This document shows, piece by piece, positions 53,712 to 61,984 of a stretch of DNA of 64,000 bases. This DNA is from an uncultured Pyrinomonadaceae bacterium. Lineage in GTDB: Bacteria; Acidobacteriota; Blastocatellia; Pyrinomonadales; Pyrinomonadaceae. The notes below the pieces were generated by a model that saw only the letters and a list, made by a program, of their open reading frames with translations, ran no database searches and was not told the origin of the DNA. Position 1 is the first letter of the stretch; the number at the start of each line of letters is the position of its first letter. Position numbers and translations under genes: made by a program. The stretch spans positions 97,338-161,337 of the forward strand of contig CAXTPS010000006.1 of assembly GCA_964246305.1 (NCBI GenBank), written 5' to 3'.

Positions 53712-54491
53712 TTATAAATTTTTGCCGAGCACGGATTGAAGCTGTTCGCGGTAGTTGCGCGAGAGTGTGAGCTTGGTGCCGTTGTGCAGGATGATGTGGT
53801 ACTCGCCGTGAAACCACGGTTGCAGCTCGCGTATGCTGTCTATTCTGACTATCGTCGAGCGATGCACGCGCAGAAATTTTTTCGGGTCAAGCTGTTCTTC
53901 CAGACTGCTGATGGTCTCTCTCAGGAGATGCGCTTTTTTATCCGTGTGCAGCCGCACGTAATTGCCTTCGGCCTCGACCCAGTTGATCTCGCCCGTCTCC
54001 AGAAAGAAGACGCGCCCGCCGTTTTTGATGACGAGGCGTTCGACGTATTTCGCTTCGGCCTTGAGGGCTTCGAGCAGAGCCACGATGCGCCTGTCCAGCT
54101 CGCCGTTGCGCTCGCGCCGCATCTGCGCTTTGGCGCGCGAGACGGCCATCTCGAATCGCTCGCGGTCGAAAGGCTTTAAGAGATAATCGAGGGCGTGAAC
54201 ATCGAAGGCGCGCACGGCATATTGATCGTAAGCCGTGACGAAGACGACAATCGGGAGTTGCTCGCCCTTCAAAGCTTCGAGGACTTCAAAGCCAGCGACC
54301 TCCGGCATCTGTATGTCAAGAAAGAGCAGGTCAGGCTGGTGCGTCTGAATGGCTTCGACGGCTTCGCGACCGTTAACGCATTCAGCGACGATCTCGACCT
54401 CCGGGTCGTGCTCCAGCATCTCGCGTATAATCTGACGCGCGAGCATTTCGTCGTCAACGATTACAGCTCGAAGCCGGATTGCATCCGCCAT
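53712..54491 (-). CDS. LytR/AlgR-family response regulator (REC + LytTR)
   Basis: VIVDDEMLAR...DLLFLDIQMPEVAGFEV is the REC domain. The LytTR C-terminus is RVHRSTIVRIDSI. Confidence 0.9.
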   Translation of the reverse strand: MADAIRLRAVIVDDEMLARQIIREMLEHDPEVEIVAECVNGREAVEAIQTHQPDLLFLDIQMPEVAGFEVLEALKGEQLPIVVFVTAYDQYAVRAFDVHALDYLLKPFDRERFEMAVSRAKAQMRRERNGELDRRIVALLEALKAEAKYVERLVIKNGGRVFFLETGEINWVEAEGNYVRLHTDKKAHLLRETISSLEEQLDPKKFLRVHRSTIVRIDSIRELQPWFHGEYHIILHNGTKLTLSRNYREQLQSVLGKNL

Positions 54492-54655
54492 ACGCCTCTC
54501 CTCCGAATCGGACGCGGGATGTTCCTATGATTACACTTCCGCTTTAAATGGTCTAGAGCATCTATCAGCCTAAACACCACACGCGTTTGTTCTGTGGCAA
54601 CAATTTAGAGATCAGAATTTTCTGATGGGCGGGAGTTGGCTTTCGCGCTTCGACT

Positions 54656-55813
54656 TCAGGACGCTTTCAGAATGTGGCCGTGACCGTTCGTGACTCTTGA
54701 AGGAACTTCTAAGGTGACGGTCAATCCGCCTGCCGGATTGTTCTCCAGCTCGAAGCGATGCGCTGCGCCGTACAGTTGGTCTAGACGCGCACGCGTGTTT
54801 GCCAGTCCAAGCCCTCCTTTGAACATCTTGATGGAGCTATGATTCACAGGAAGGCCAGGTCCGTTGTCTCGCACTTCTATATGAAGCACGCCATTTTCGC
54901 GTCGCGCGTTGATTTCGATGAGGCCGGGAGTCGAGCGCGGGGCGATGCCGTGACGAATCGCGTTCTCGACGATGGGTTGCAGAATGAGATTTGGAACTCT
55001 GATGTCAAGAGCCTGCGGCTCGACATCCATGCGAACGGTGAGGCGATCCTGAAAGCGCACGCTCTCGATTTCGAGATAGCCCTTGAGGAATTCCATCTCC
55101 TGCTGAAGCGAGACCTCCTGCGTGCCCGCGTTCTCAAGCGTGAGGCGCAGAAAATCTCCGAGCCGCACGATCATTCTTCGCGCCGCTTCGACATCCGTGT
55201 GCAGGAGCGCGGAGATAGAATGCAAAGTGTTAAAGAGAAAGTGCGGGTGCAGTTGCATCTTGAGCGATTGCAGCTGAGCCTGCGCGAGCATTGATTCGAG
55301 CTGCGAAGATTTCACCTCGCCCTCGCGATAACGGTTGTAGTAGCGGAAGGAGTGGAAGATTAAAATGATGAGGCCATACGTCGCAAACTCTTCGCTCCCA
55401 TTATTGAAGAGATTGCGCATGGCGTTTGAAAATTTGTAGGGATAACCGAGCGGACGACCGAAATGAAAATAGAGGAGCGTCTGATGCAGGCTTGAGATAC
55501 AGAAGATGAGCAGCAGGCTGAAAAAGATATGCACCAGCAGGTTCTTTTTCCAGTTATATTTCTCGATGTGAAAACGGTGCGAGAGCCAGATCACGAGCGG
55601 CGTCGCCAACGCCCAGAGATAACAGTAAGAGAATTGAGAGAAGGCTCCTTCAGACCACGGCATCGGTTCCGAAGAGCGCAGTGAGGCGAGATACATCAGG
55701 CTCGTAAAGATGAAGCCGATAAAAGTCCAGATCAGCCAGATGAGCGAGAGCTGCGCCCAGAGCCGCTGCCAGAGCGGTTTATCCTGCTCGACCTGTTCCG
55801 CCTTCTCTAACAT
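54656..55813 (-). CDS. LytS/YehU-type sensor histidine kinase (multi-TM + His_kinase PF06580 + HATPase_c)
   Basis: LKMQLHPHFLFNTLHSISAL is the H-box of the LytS family. ENAIRHG and DNGPGL are also present. Confidence 0.85.
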   Translation of the reverse strand: MLEKAEQVEQDKPLWQRLWAQLSLIWLIWTFIGFIFTSLMYLASLRSSEPMPWSEGAFSQFSYCYLWALATPLVIWLSHRFHIEKYNWKKNLLVHIFFSLLLIFCISSLHQTLLYFHFGRPLGYPYKFSNAMRNLFNNGSEEFATYGLIILIFHSFRYYNRYREGEVKSSQLESMLAQAQLQSLKMQLHPHFLFNTLHSISALLHTDVEAARRMIVRLGDFLRLTLENAGTQEVSLQQEMEFLKGYLEIESVRFQDRLTVRMDVEPQALDIRVPNLILQPIVENAIRHGIAPRSTPGLIEINARRENGVLHIEVRDNGPGLPVNHSSIKMFKGGLGLANTRARLDQLYGAAHRFELENNPAGGLTVTLEVPSRVTNGHGHILKAS

Positions 55814-55863
55814 ACTTCACCTCATGCCTTCGCATCGAACAAGCCGTAGCAGCTACATCATCA

Positions 55864-55974
55864 AATTCCTTTGCGCCTCTTTAAGCCTGTTCTTGTTTGC
55901 GCTCTTTGCAGTCAAGTTGCTGTTTTAACCCAAAGGACGCGGGGGTGTCAGACGCAAAGAGACGCAAAGGAATT
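55864..55974. repeat. hairpin built from GCAAAG / CTTTGC words (copy 3)
   Basis: aattcctttgcgcctctttaagcc...gacgcaaagagacgcaaaggaatt. Confidence 0.75.
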
Positions 55975-56451
55975 GACGCTTGACCTTTCACCAGGTCGTA
56001 ATATCATGCGCTTCATCGAGCAAGCGCGGACAACTTTTGTGACGACGAGGCCGTATCCCGTGACGGGACGGCGCGCACGTATGATGAAGCGTTGCGGCTC
56101 GACAAACATTTTACGCGCAGCTTATTCGATGCGATTTTCGAGGGAAACGCTCGCAGAAAACTTAACCTTCGAGACTTAAAGAATAATCACGCACGCCGCG
56201 CCGTAACTCATCACACGGCGAGGCCAAGTTACACCAAACGCCTGCCCGTTCGTCACAAAAATATACCTTCCTTTCAACACACTGCCTATTATGTAATGGC
56301 CGATATGCTTCATTTCTCCTCCGAAGAAAATAGAGCGCTTGGCAAACAAGACAAGCTTCACGCTTGTTTTTGATAACTCTTCGGGCCGGGTGGCTGGCTC
56401 TTTATATTCCGGCCCGAAGAGTCGCCCTCATAATTCAAAAGGAGCAAAGAT

Positions 56452-56853
56452 ATGGAAGAGACTACAGTCTGGGAGCAACAGGACAGAACGCTCATCAACG
56501 GCGCGCAGGCCGTGGCCGCCAACGAATCCGGCGACCTGACGCAGAGAGCGCAGGTCTTAAAGGATTTGGCGCTCGCGCTGCTCAACGAGGTGGAGACGCT
56601 CGGAGATAATCAGGCGATGGATGAGGGCGGCGGGATAGATTTTTACGACGAAGTGCGCCGTTTCGAGATCGAGCTGATTCAACGCGCGCTGAAGAAGACG
56701 GGCGGCCATCAGATGCGCGCCGCGCGCCTCTTAAATGTCAAAGTCACAACGCTCAATTCCATGATCAAACGCTATCACATCAGCCCCGCCGCGCAGCTCT
56801 ATAACTATCCGGCCATCGCGCCCAACGTCGAAGAGCTTCGCAAACGAGCCTGA
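56452..56853 (+). CDS. Fis-type HTH DNA-binding protein
   Basis: An AAAGGAG sequence lies upstream. The C-terminus is FEIELIQRALKKTGGHQMRAARLLNVKVTTLNSMIKRY. Confidence 0.7.
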   Translation: MEETTVWEQQDRTLINGAQAVAANESGDLTQRAQVLKDLALALLNEVETLGDNQAMDEGGGIDFYDEVRRFEIELIQRALKKTGGHQMRAARLLNVKVTTLNSMIKRYHISPAAQLYNYPAIAPNVEELRKRA

Positions 56854-56932
56854 GCTTTTTTTTCATCGAAACTCTTCTCCGCATCGCCTGCATGACATTA
56901 TCAGTTGTGCAGGCGATTGTTATTTTAAAAGC

Positions 56933-57040
56933 TGGTCTTCGTTCTTTGGTCTTTGATGTCTAACTTATCTTGAATCATAAAACTCAAGGTTGAGTCGCGT
57001 GCAAAGCACAAAGAACAAAGACCAAAGCCCTAAGACCAAA
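56933..57040 (-). repeat. family-A intergenic hairpin element, copy A4
   Basis: The reverse complement reads tttggtcttagggctttggtctttgttctttgtgctttgcacgcgactcaaccttgag...gacatcaaagaccaaagaacgaagacca. Confidence 0.85.
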
Positions 57041-57347
57041 CTCTTACGATAATTCGGAAAGCAACCCTCGCTCGAAAAAGATTTTTCATCCTCAATATCC
57101 GAACCCTTCAAGATTCGAGTTTCAAATATCCAAATTCGTCAAGCCGCACGCGCCTCGAACGTCTCAACCCTGCGATGCGGCAGCGGCTTGAACGCGTTTG
57201 CGTGTGATGGAACGGCTCTTGCGCTGATGCGTAACAGCCGCGCGAGGCATGCAATTCAGTTTTCCGAACTATCGGAATTTAGCTTCTCCCCGCCGCGCGC
57301 AAACTCTCCTCTGAGTTGGCTCAGAGATCACACGGAGGATTTTTTCA

Positions 57348-60300
57348 ATGAGTAAGCTTCGCAACCATAACTGGCTCGTGCGAACTTCGTTTCTGCTCGT
57401 CATGCTGATGCTGGCCGCGCCGCACGCTTCGGCGCAGGTCACGACAGGCAGCTTGCAGGGCGTCGTGCTCGACCAGAACAAGGCGGCGGTCGCGGGAGCG
57501 GCTGTCAAAATCATAAACAAAGCCACCGGCATCACGCGTGAGACGACGACTAATGACGAAGGTTATTATCGCGTCACGAATCTTGTGCCCGGCGCTCAGT
57601 ACAGCGTTGAAGTGACGGCGCAGGGCTTCGCTCCGGCAGCCATCAACAACATCGCTGTGCGGCTCGCCACGGAGAACAGCGCGGACGTGCAGCTCACTAT
57701 CGGAGAAGTGGGCGGAACCGTCATCGTGACGGACTCGCAGCCGCTGATCGAAGGCACGCAGAGCCAGTTGGCGCAGAGCTATACCCCGCGACAACTGACG
57801 CAGCTTCCCTTTAACGGCGGCTCGATTGACAATCTGGCTCTCCTGACGCCGGGCGTCGTCACGCCGGGCGATACGGACTTTGCCAACGGCACAGGCATCA
57901 GCGCGAACGGCAATCGTGGACGCTCGAACAACTTCCAGATTGACGGTCAGGATAATAACGACAACTCTGTGACGGGGCCGAGCCTGACGCTGACGAACAC
58001 GGAAGCCATCGGTGAGTTTCAAGTCATCACCAACAGCTTCTCCGCAGAGTTCGGCAGAAATTCCGGTGCGCAGATCAACACCATCACCAAGCCCGGAACC
58101 AACGAGTTTCACGGCACTGTCTTTGAGTATCACAACAACCAAGCGCTCGACGCGCTCACCAACTTGCAGAAAGTGAACGCCGGCGGATTTCAATTTCTCT
58201 CTGCCAACGGCTTTTCGCAGTTCACAGGGCTGGCGAATCGCAACGGGCGCGACCCGTTCAAGGTCAACAAGTTCGGCGGCGCGCTCGGCGGCCCGATTAA
58301 GAAGAACAAGGCTTTCTTCTTCTTTACCTATCAGGGGACTTACACGCGAGGCGAAGCCGTTGCCAACGGACTCAACACAGCCCAGTTCACCTTTGACGCT
58401 CCGAGCGCGCTGCTCGCGGCGCAGTTGTTCCCGAACGCCGCGACGGCTCAACTGACTTCGCCAATGGTCGGCGGCGGCCCGGCTTTCGTTCAGGGACAGG
58501 GCACATTCCTGCTCGCGCCGCCGGTCACGGACGTGAACGGCGACGGCATTCCAGACGCCTTCCTGTTCGGGCCGGGCAACCCTGCCGGAAATACTCCGAC
58601 GGCGAACCTTCTGCAACCGAGCCTGTTCGTCAGAGACGCGAGCGGAACCTTGCGTCCCCTCTACACGGGAGAGCCTGTGCGTCTGGTGAAGGCCGATTCG
58701 ACGGCCAATGAGATCATCACGCGTGAGGATTTCAACCTGACGGACAAGGACACTCTGAGCACGCGTTATATTTTCAACAAGACCAATTTCCCGATAGGAA
58801 CGGGGCGTGCGCTGGCGGGCGCGCTCTTCGACGTGCCTTCGCGGAATCACAATCTCGGCGTCTCTTACACGCGCACGTTGTCTTCCAATCTGGTCAACGA
58901 GGCGCGCTTCAACTACTCGAACCTGTACGTCGCTTTCGGCGACCCGAACGGCACGTTGCCGGGACCGCAGATCGGATTCTCAGGAGCGCGAGACATACTC
59001 GGCAACATCGGCAGTCTGGCTTTCGGCGGGCAGAACGTGTTCCCGCAAGACCGCAAAGTGGTGGTCTTTCAAGAGCAGGACACGGTCTCCGCGACCATCG
59101 GCAACCACGCGCTGAAGTTTGGCGCGGATATTCGCCAGCAACGCACGCAGAATTTCTTCCTGCCGAACTTCCTCGGAGCTTATACGTTTCGCGGGACGAG
59201 CAGCAGCGGCACGATTCCCGCCAACACTTTCTACGACGAGACGGGCGCGCCGCGCACAGGGCAACCGGCAACTGCTTTCGAGAACCTGCTGCTCAATCGC
59301 CCGCGCGATATCAATTTCGCGCTCGGCAGTCCGCGCCGCGACATCAATCAGGACGATTACTTCTTCTTCGTTCAGGACGACTGGCGCGTGCTCCCGACCC
59401 TGACGCTCAACCTCGGACTGCGTTATGAGCTTTCGACGCAGCCCTTCAATGCTTTGATTGAGCAGTCGAATGCGCGCGAGGCAGATCCGTCACGCGCTAT
59501 CTTCAATCAGGCGTTCCCGCTTTCGACGCGTACCCTGAACACGCTGCCGCTCGACAAGAACAACTTCGGCCCGCGTGTCGGTTTCGCATGGTCGCCGAAC
59601 CTGCAATTTCTGGGCGACCGCTTCACGAACGGGCGCACGGTGATTCGCGGCGGCTTCGGCGTCGCTTATGACCCATCGTTCTTTAACATCGTCAACAATA
59701 CTGTCACGGCAGCTCCATTTGTCGGCACGGGCACGATTCGCCAGAACAATCCGGGCACTCCCGGACAGATGCTCGGCATTCCGTTCCTGCCGACGACGAC
59801 CGCTCAACTCAACACCACGCCGGGAACCAACGGCGGCGACCCGCGCCTCTTCAACCAGACGCGCGTGGCGGCTGACTTCCGCAATCCGTACACGATGTCT
59901 TACAACTTCGGCTTCCAGCAGGAGATTTGGAAGAACACTGTGTTCGAGGCGCGTTATGTCGGCTCGCGCATCGTCGGCCAGTTCCAGAGCGTCAATGCCA
60001 ATCCAGACCTGCGCTTTCTGGCACGCGCCGGGTGCGATCCGGGCGTCTTCCCGGGCGCAGACCCGGCCACGTGCGGCGGTCGCTTCACGGGAGGCATCAT
60101 CGCTCCCGGCGCGACCGTAGGCAATGACTTCAACAGCCGTCCGGGCACGAACGGTAACGGACGACTTGATCCGAACTTTGGCCCGACTCGCCTTCGTCTG
60201 AACGGAGCGAGCGCGACTTACAATGGTTTGCAGACGCGCTTTGACACGCGCTTCACGGATTCGCTGAGCTTGAATGCGAACTACACGTGGAGCAAGACCC

Positions 60301-61175
60301 TTGATAACGCTTCGGAGATTTTCAACTCGCTCGGCGGCGGGCAGACGGTCGCCTACTCGCAAGACCCGTTCGACATTACGAAGGGCGAGCGCGGCCTCTC
60401 CGCTTTTCACCAGAAGCATAGCTTCAATGCCAACTTCATCTACGAATTGCCGTGGTACAAAGAGCAGCGCGGATGGGAAGGCAAACTGCTCGGCGGCTAT
60501 CAGCTTTCGGGCTTTATCCTGATGGGTTCGGGTCGTCCGTACACGCCGACAAATGTTGTCGGCTCATATGACCCGACGTTTGACGTGGCGTTCTCAGGCG
60601 CGGTCGGGCCGGTGCGTCCGTTCTACGGCAACCCGAACGCGCCGCTTGGCACGATTGCTTTCAGCGCGCTCTCGGCACAGGCCATTCTCGGCGACGGGCG
60701 TCCTGATCCCGCGCTCAATCAGTTCGTCATCTACAACACACTGAGTCCCGGTTCGCAGGGCACGATTGTGACGCAGGCTGAGGCTTTGCAACAGTCTCGT
60801 TTAATCTACAATGACTTTGCGACCTTCACGGCCTTCAACGGCGGAATTGACTTCAACGATACCGCGACGGCTCACATCTTCGGGACGCCGTACGGGAACG
60901 TCGGGCGCAATACCTTCGATGGCTTGCCTTTCTATCAGGTCAACATGGCCGTCTTTAAGACCACGAACCTGACTGAACGGACGAAGCTTGAGTTTCGTGT
61001 CGAGGCGGCCAATCTGCTGAATCACAGAAACTTCGGCGTGCCGACGCCCTTCACGGAGTTTGCGTTCGTGACCTTCGGCACTTCATCAAACGGTATCGTC
61101 GGGCCGTTCCAGAATCCCGGCGCAAACGCTGGCGCAAACCGGAGCGTCCGCCTCGGTCTTCGCTTGATCTTCTAA
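57348..61175 (+). CDS. TonB-dependent receptor-like outer-membrane protein with N-terminal carboxypeptidase-regulatory-like domain
   Basis: The signal peptide ends in ...APHASAQ. TGSLQGVVLDQNKAAVAGAAVKIINKATGITRETTTNDEGYYRV is CarboxypepD_reg-like. A long beta-barrel region ends in the C-terminal RLGLRLIF. Confidence 0.9.
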   Translation: MSKLRNHNWLVRTSFLLVMLMLAAPHASAQVTTGSLQGVVLDQNKAAVAGAAVKIINKATGITRETTTNDEGYYRVTNLVPGAQYSVEVTAQGFAPAAINNIAVRLATENSADVQLTIGEVGGTVIVTDSQPLIEGTQSQLAQSYTPRQLTQLPFNGGSIDNLALLTPGVVTPGDTDFANGTGISANGNRGRSNNFQIDGQDNNDNSVTGPSLTLTNTEAIGEFQVITNSFSAEFGRNSGAQINTITKPGTNEFHGTVFEYHNNQALDALTNLQKVNAGGFQFLSANGFSQFTGLANRNGRDPFKVNKFGGALGGPIKKNKAFFFFTYQGTYTRGEAVANGLNTAQFTFDAPSALLAAQLFPNAATAQLTSPMVGGGPAFVQGQGTFLLAPPVTDVNGDGIPDAFLFGPGNPAGNTPTANLLQPSLFVRDASGTLRPLYTGEPVRLVKADSTANEIITREDFNLTDKDTLSTRYIFNKTNFPIGTGRALAGALFDVPSRNHNLGVSYTRTLSSNLVNEARFNYSNLYVAFGDPNGTLPGPQIGFSGARDILGNIGSLAFGGQNVFPQDRKVVVFQEQDTVSATIGNHALKFGADIRQQRTQNFFLPNFLGAYTFRGTSSSGTIPANTFYDETGAPRTGQPATAFENLLLNRPRDINFALGSPRRDINQDDYFFFVQDDWRVLPTLTLNLGLRYELSTQPFNALIEQSNAREADPSRAIFNQAFPLSTRTLNTLPLDKNNFGPRVGFAWSPNLQFLGDRFTNGRTVIRGGFGVAYDPSFFNIVNNTVTAAPFVGTGTIRQNNPGTPGQMLGIPFLPTTTAQLNTTPGTNGGDPRLFNQTRVAADFRNPYTMSYNFGFQQEIWKNTVFEARYVGSRIVGQFQSVNANPDLRFLARAGCDPGVFPGADPATCGGRFTGGIIAPGATVGNDFNSRPGTNGNGRLDPNFGPTRLRLNGASATYNGLQTRFDTRFTDSLSLNANYTWSKTLDNASEIFNSLGGGQTVAYSQDPFDITKGERGLSAFHQKHSFNANFIYELPWYKEQRGWEGKLLGGYQLSGFILMGSGRPYTPTNVVGSYDPTFDVAFSGAVGPVRPFYGNPNAPLGTIAFSALSAQAILGDGRPDPALNQFVIYNTLSPGSQGTIVTQAEALQQSRLIYNDFATFTAFNGGIDFNDTATAHIFGTPYGNVGRNTFDGLPFYQVNMAVFKTTNLTERTKLEFRVEAANLLNHRNFGVPTPFTEFAFVTFGTSSNGIVGPFQNPGANAGANRSVRLGLRLIF

Positions 61176-61234
61176 AGCGAGAAAGCGTGAGAAAGTTGAA
61201 AGACTAGCTCGCGCCTGTCAGTCAGCAACAAAAA

Positions 61235-61284
61235 CTCGGGAGAGTGGAGAAGCAGTTCGGTTCTCTTCTCTCCCGAGTTTTTTT
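61235..61284 (+). terminator. rho-independent terminator of the TonB-dependent receptor gene
   Basis: The stem ctcgggagag...ctctcccgag is followed by ttttttt. Confidence 0.7.
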
Positions 61285-61287
61285 AAC

Positions 61288-61395
61288 TTTGGATTTTGTT
61301 CTTTGTGCTTTGTGCTTCATTCTTTGCACGCGACTCAAGCTTGAATGCTGAAATTCAAGATAAGTCACACAATCAAAGAACAAAGCACAAAGCAC
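61288..61395 (+). repeat. family-A intergenic hairpin element, copy A5
   Basis: ctttggattttgttctttgtgctttgtgcttcattctttgcacgcgactcaagcttgaatgctgaaattcaagataagtcacacaatcaaagaacaaagcacaaagcac. Confidence 0.85.
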
Positions 61396-61507
61396 TTCTT
61401 TTTGTCTGCTCAAAAATATTGCAAATTCAATTTCTTTATCCTATTCTGCGCGGCAGTAAAGTTCGGGTGTGCTACGTTTACACATTTCTATTTTCAAACG
61501 CTCTCTT

Positions 61508-61984
61508 ATGATCGTCGGCACAGAATGGCTGGTGGACGCGTCGGGGTGCAGGGCTGAAACCCTGTGCGAGGTAGAGGCTTTGCGCGGCCTGTTTGACCGC
61601 ATCATCAGCGAGCTGAATTTGCAGGTCGTGGGCGAGCAGATGTGGCACAGGTTTCCGCCGCCGGGCGGCGTCACGGGTCTCGCGCTCCTGACCGAATCAC
61701 ATCTGGCGTGCCATACCTATCCAGAGTTTCAAACCGCGACGATAAATCTCTACTGCTGCCGCGAGCGTCCCGCTTGGCCCTGGGCTGAGCGGCTGGCGTT
61801 GATGCTCGGCGCGGAAAAAGTGCGCGTGCGCGTTCATCATCGCGTCGTTGATGAAAAGCATGCTATCGAGCATGAGCCGGCGGTTGATGCTGAGCCAGCT
61901 ACTGAGCATAAGTTAGCTATTGAGCATGAATCGTCTTCAAAAGCGGAGCTGCTTTCACCTTCTCTCACGGGAGGCGAACTGTAA
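61508..61984 (+). CDS. S-adenosylmethionine decarboxylase-family (SpeH/SpeD class 1, pyruvoyl) protein
   Basis: GVTGLALLTESHLACHTYPE matches the ES self-processing site context (ESHxxxHTxPE). The start is moved to the ATG at 61508. Confidence 0.8.
   Translation: MIVGTEWLVDASGCRAETLCEVEALRGLFDRIISELNLQVVGEQMWHRFPPPGGVTGLALLTESHLACHTYPEFQTATINLYCCRERPAWPWAERLALMLGAEKVRVRVHHRVVDEKHAIEHEPAVDAEPATEHKLAIEHESSSKAELLSPSLTGGEL

Noticed and set aside
56854-57347. A possible riboswitch (cobalamin or TPP) in the ~500-nt leader of the TonB-dependent receptor gene.
   Set aside because: There is no B12 box and no TPP-type CUGAGA / ACCUGAUCUGGAUAAUGCCAGCG cores. I saw only a family-A repeat and a small hairpin (ctctgag-ttgg-ctcagag) near the ribosome-binding site. 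An Rfam scan would settle this.
57345-58850. Long antisense ORFs inside well-supported genes: 57345..58850 (-), 59490..60419 (-), 62653..63780 (-), 26769..27776 (+), 18067..19020 (+), 20301..21023 (+), 21258..21935 (+), 47722..48549 (+), 27811..28620 (+), 8963..9535 (-), 9884..10480 (-).
   Set aside because: They are typical shadow ORFs of a high-GC genome. They are Arg/Ala/His-rich with no recognisable motifs. They lie entirely inside genes that have strong family signatures on the other strand.
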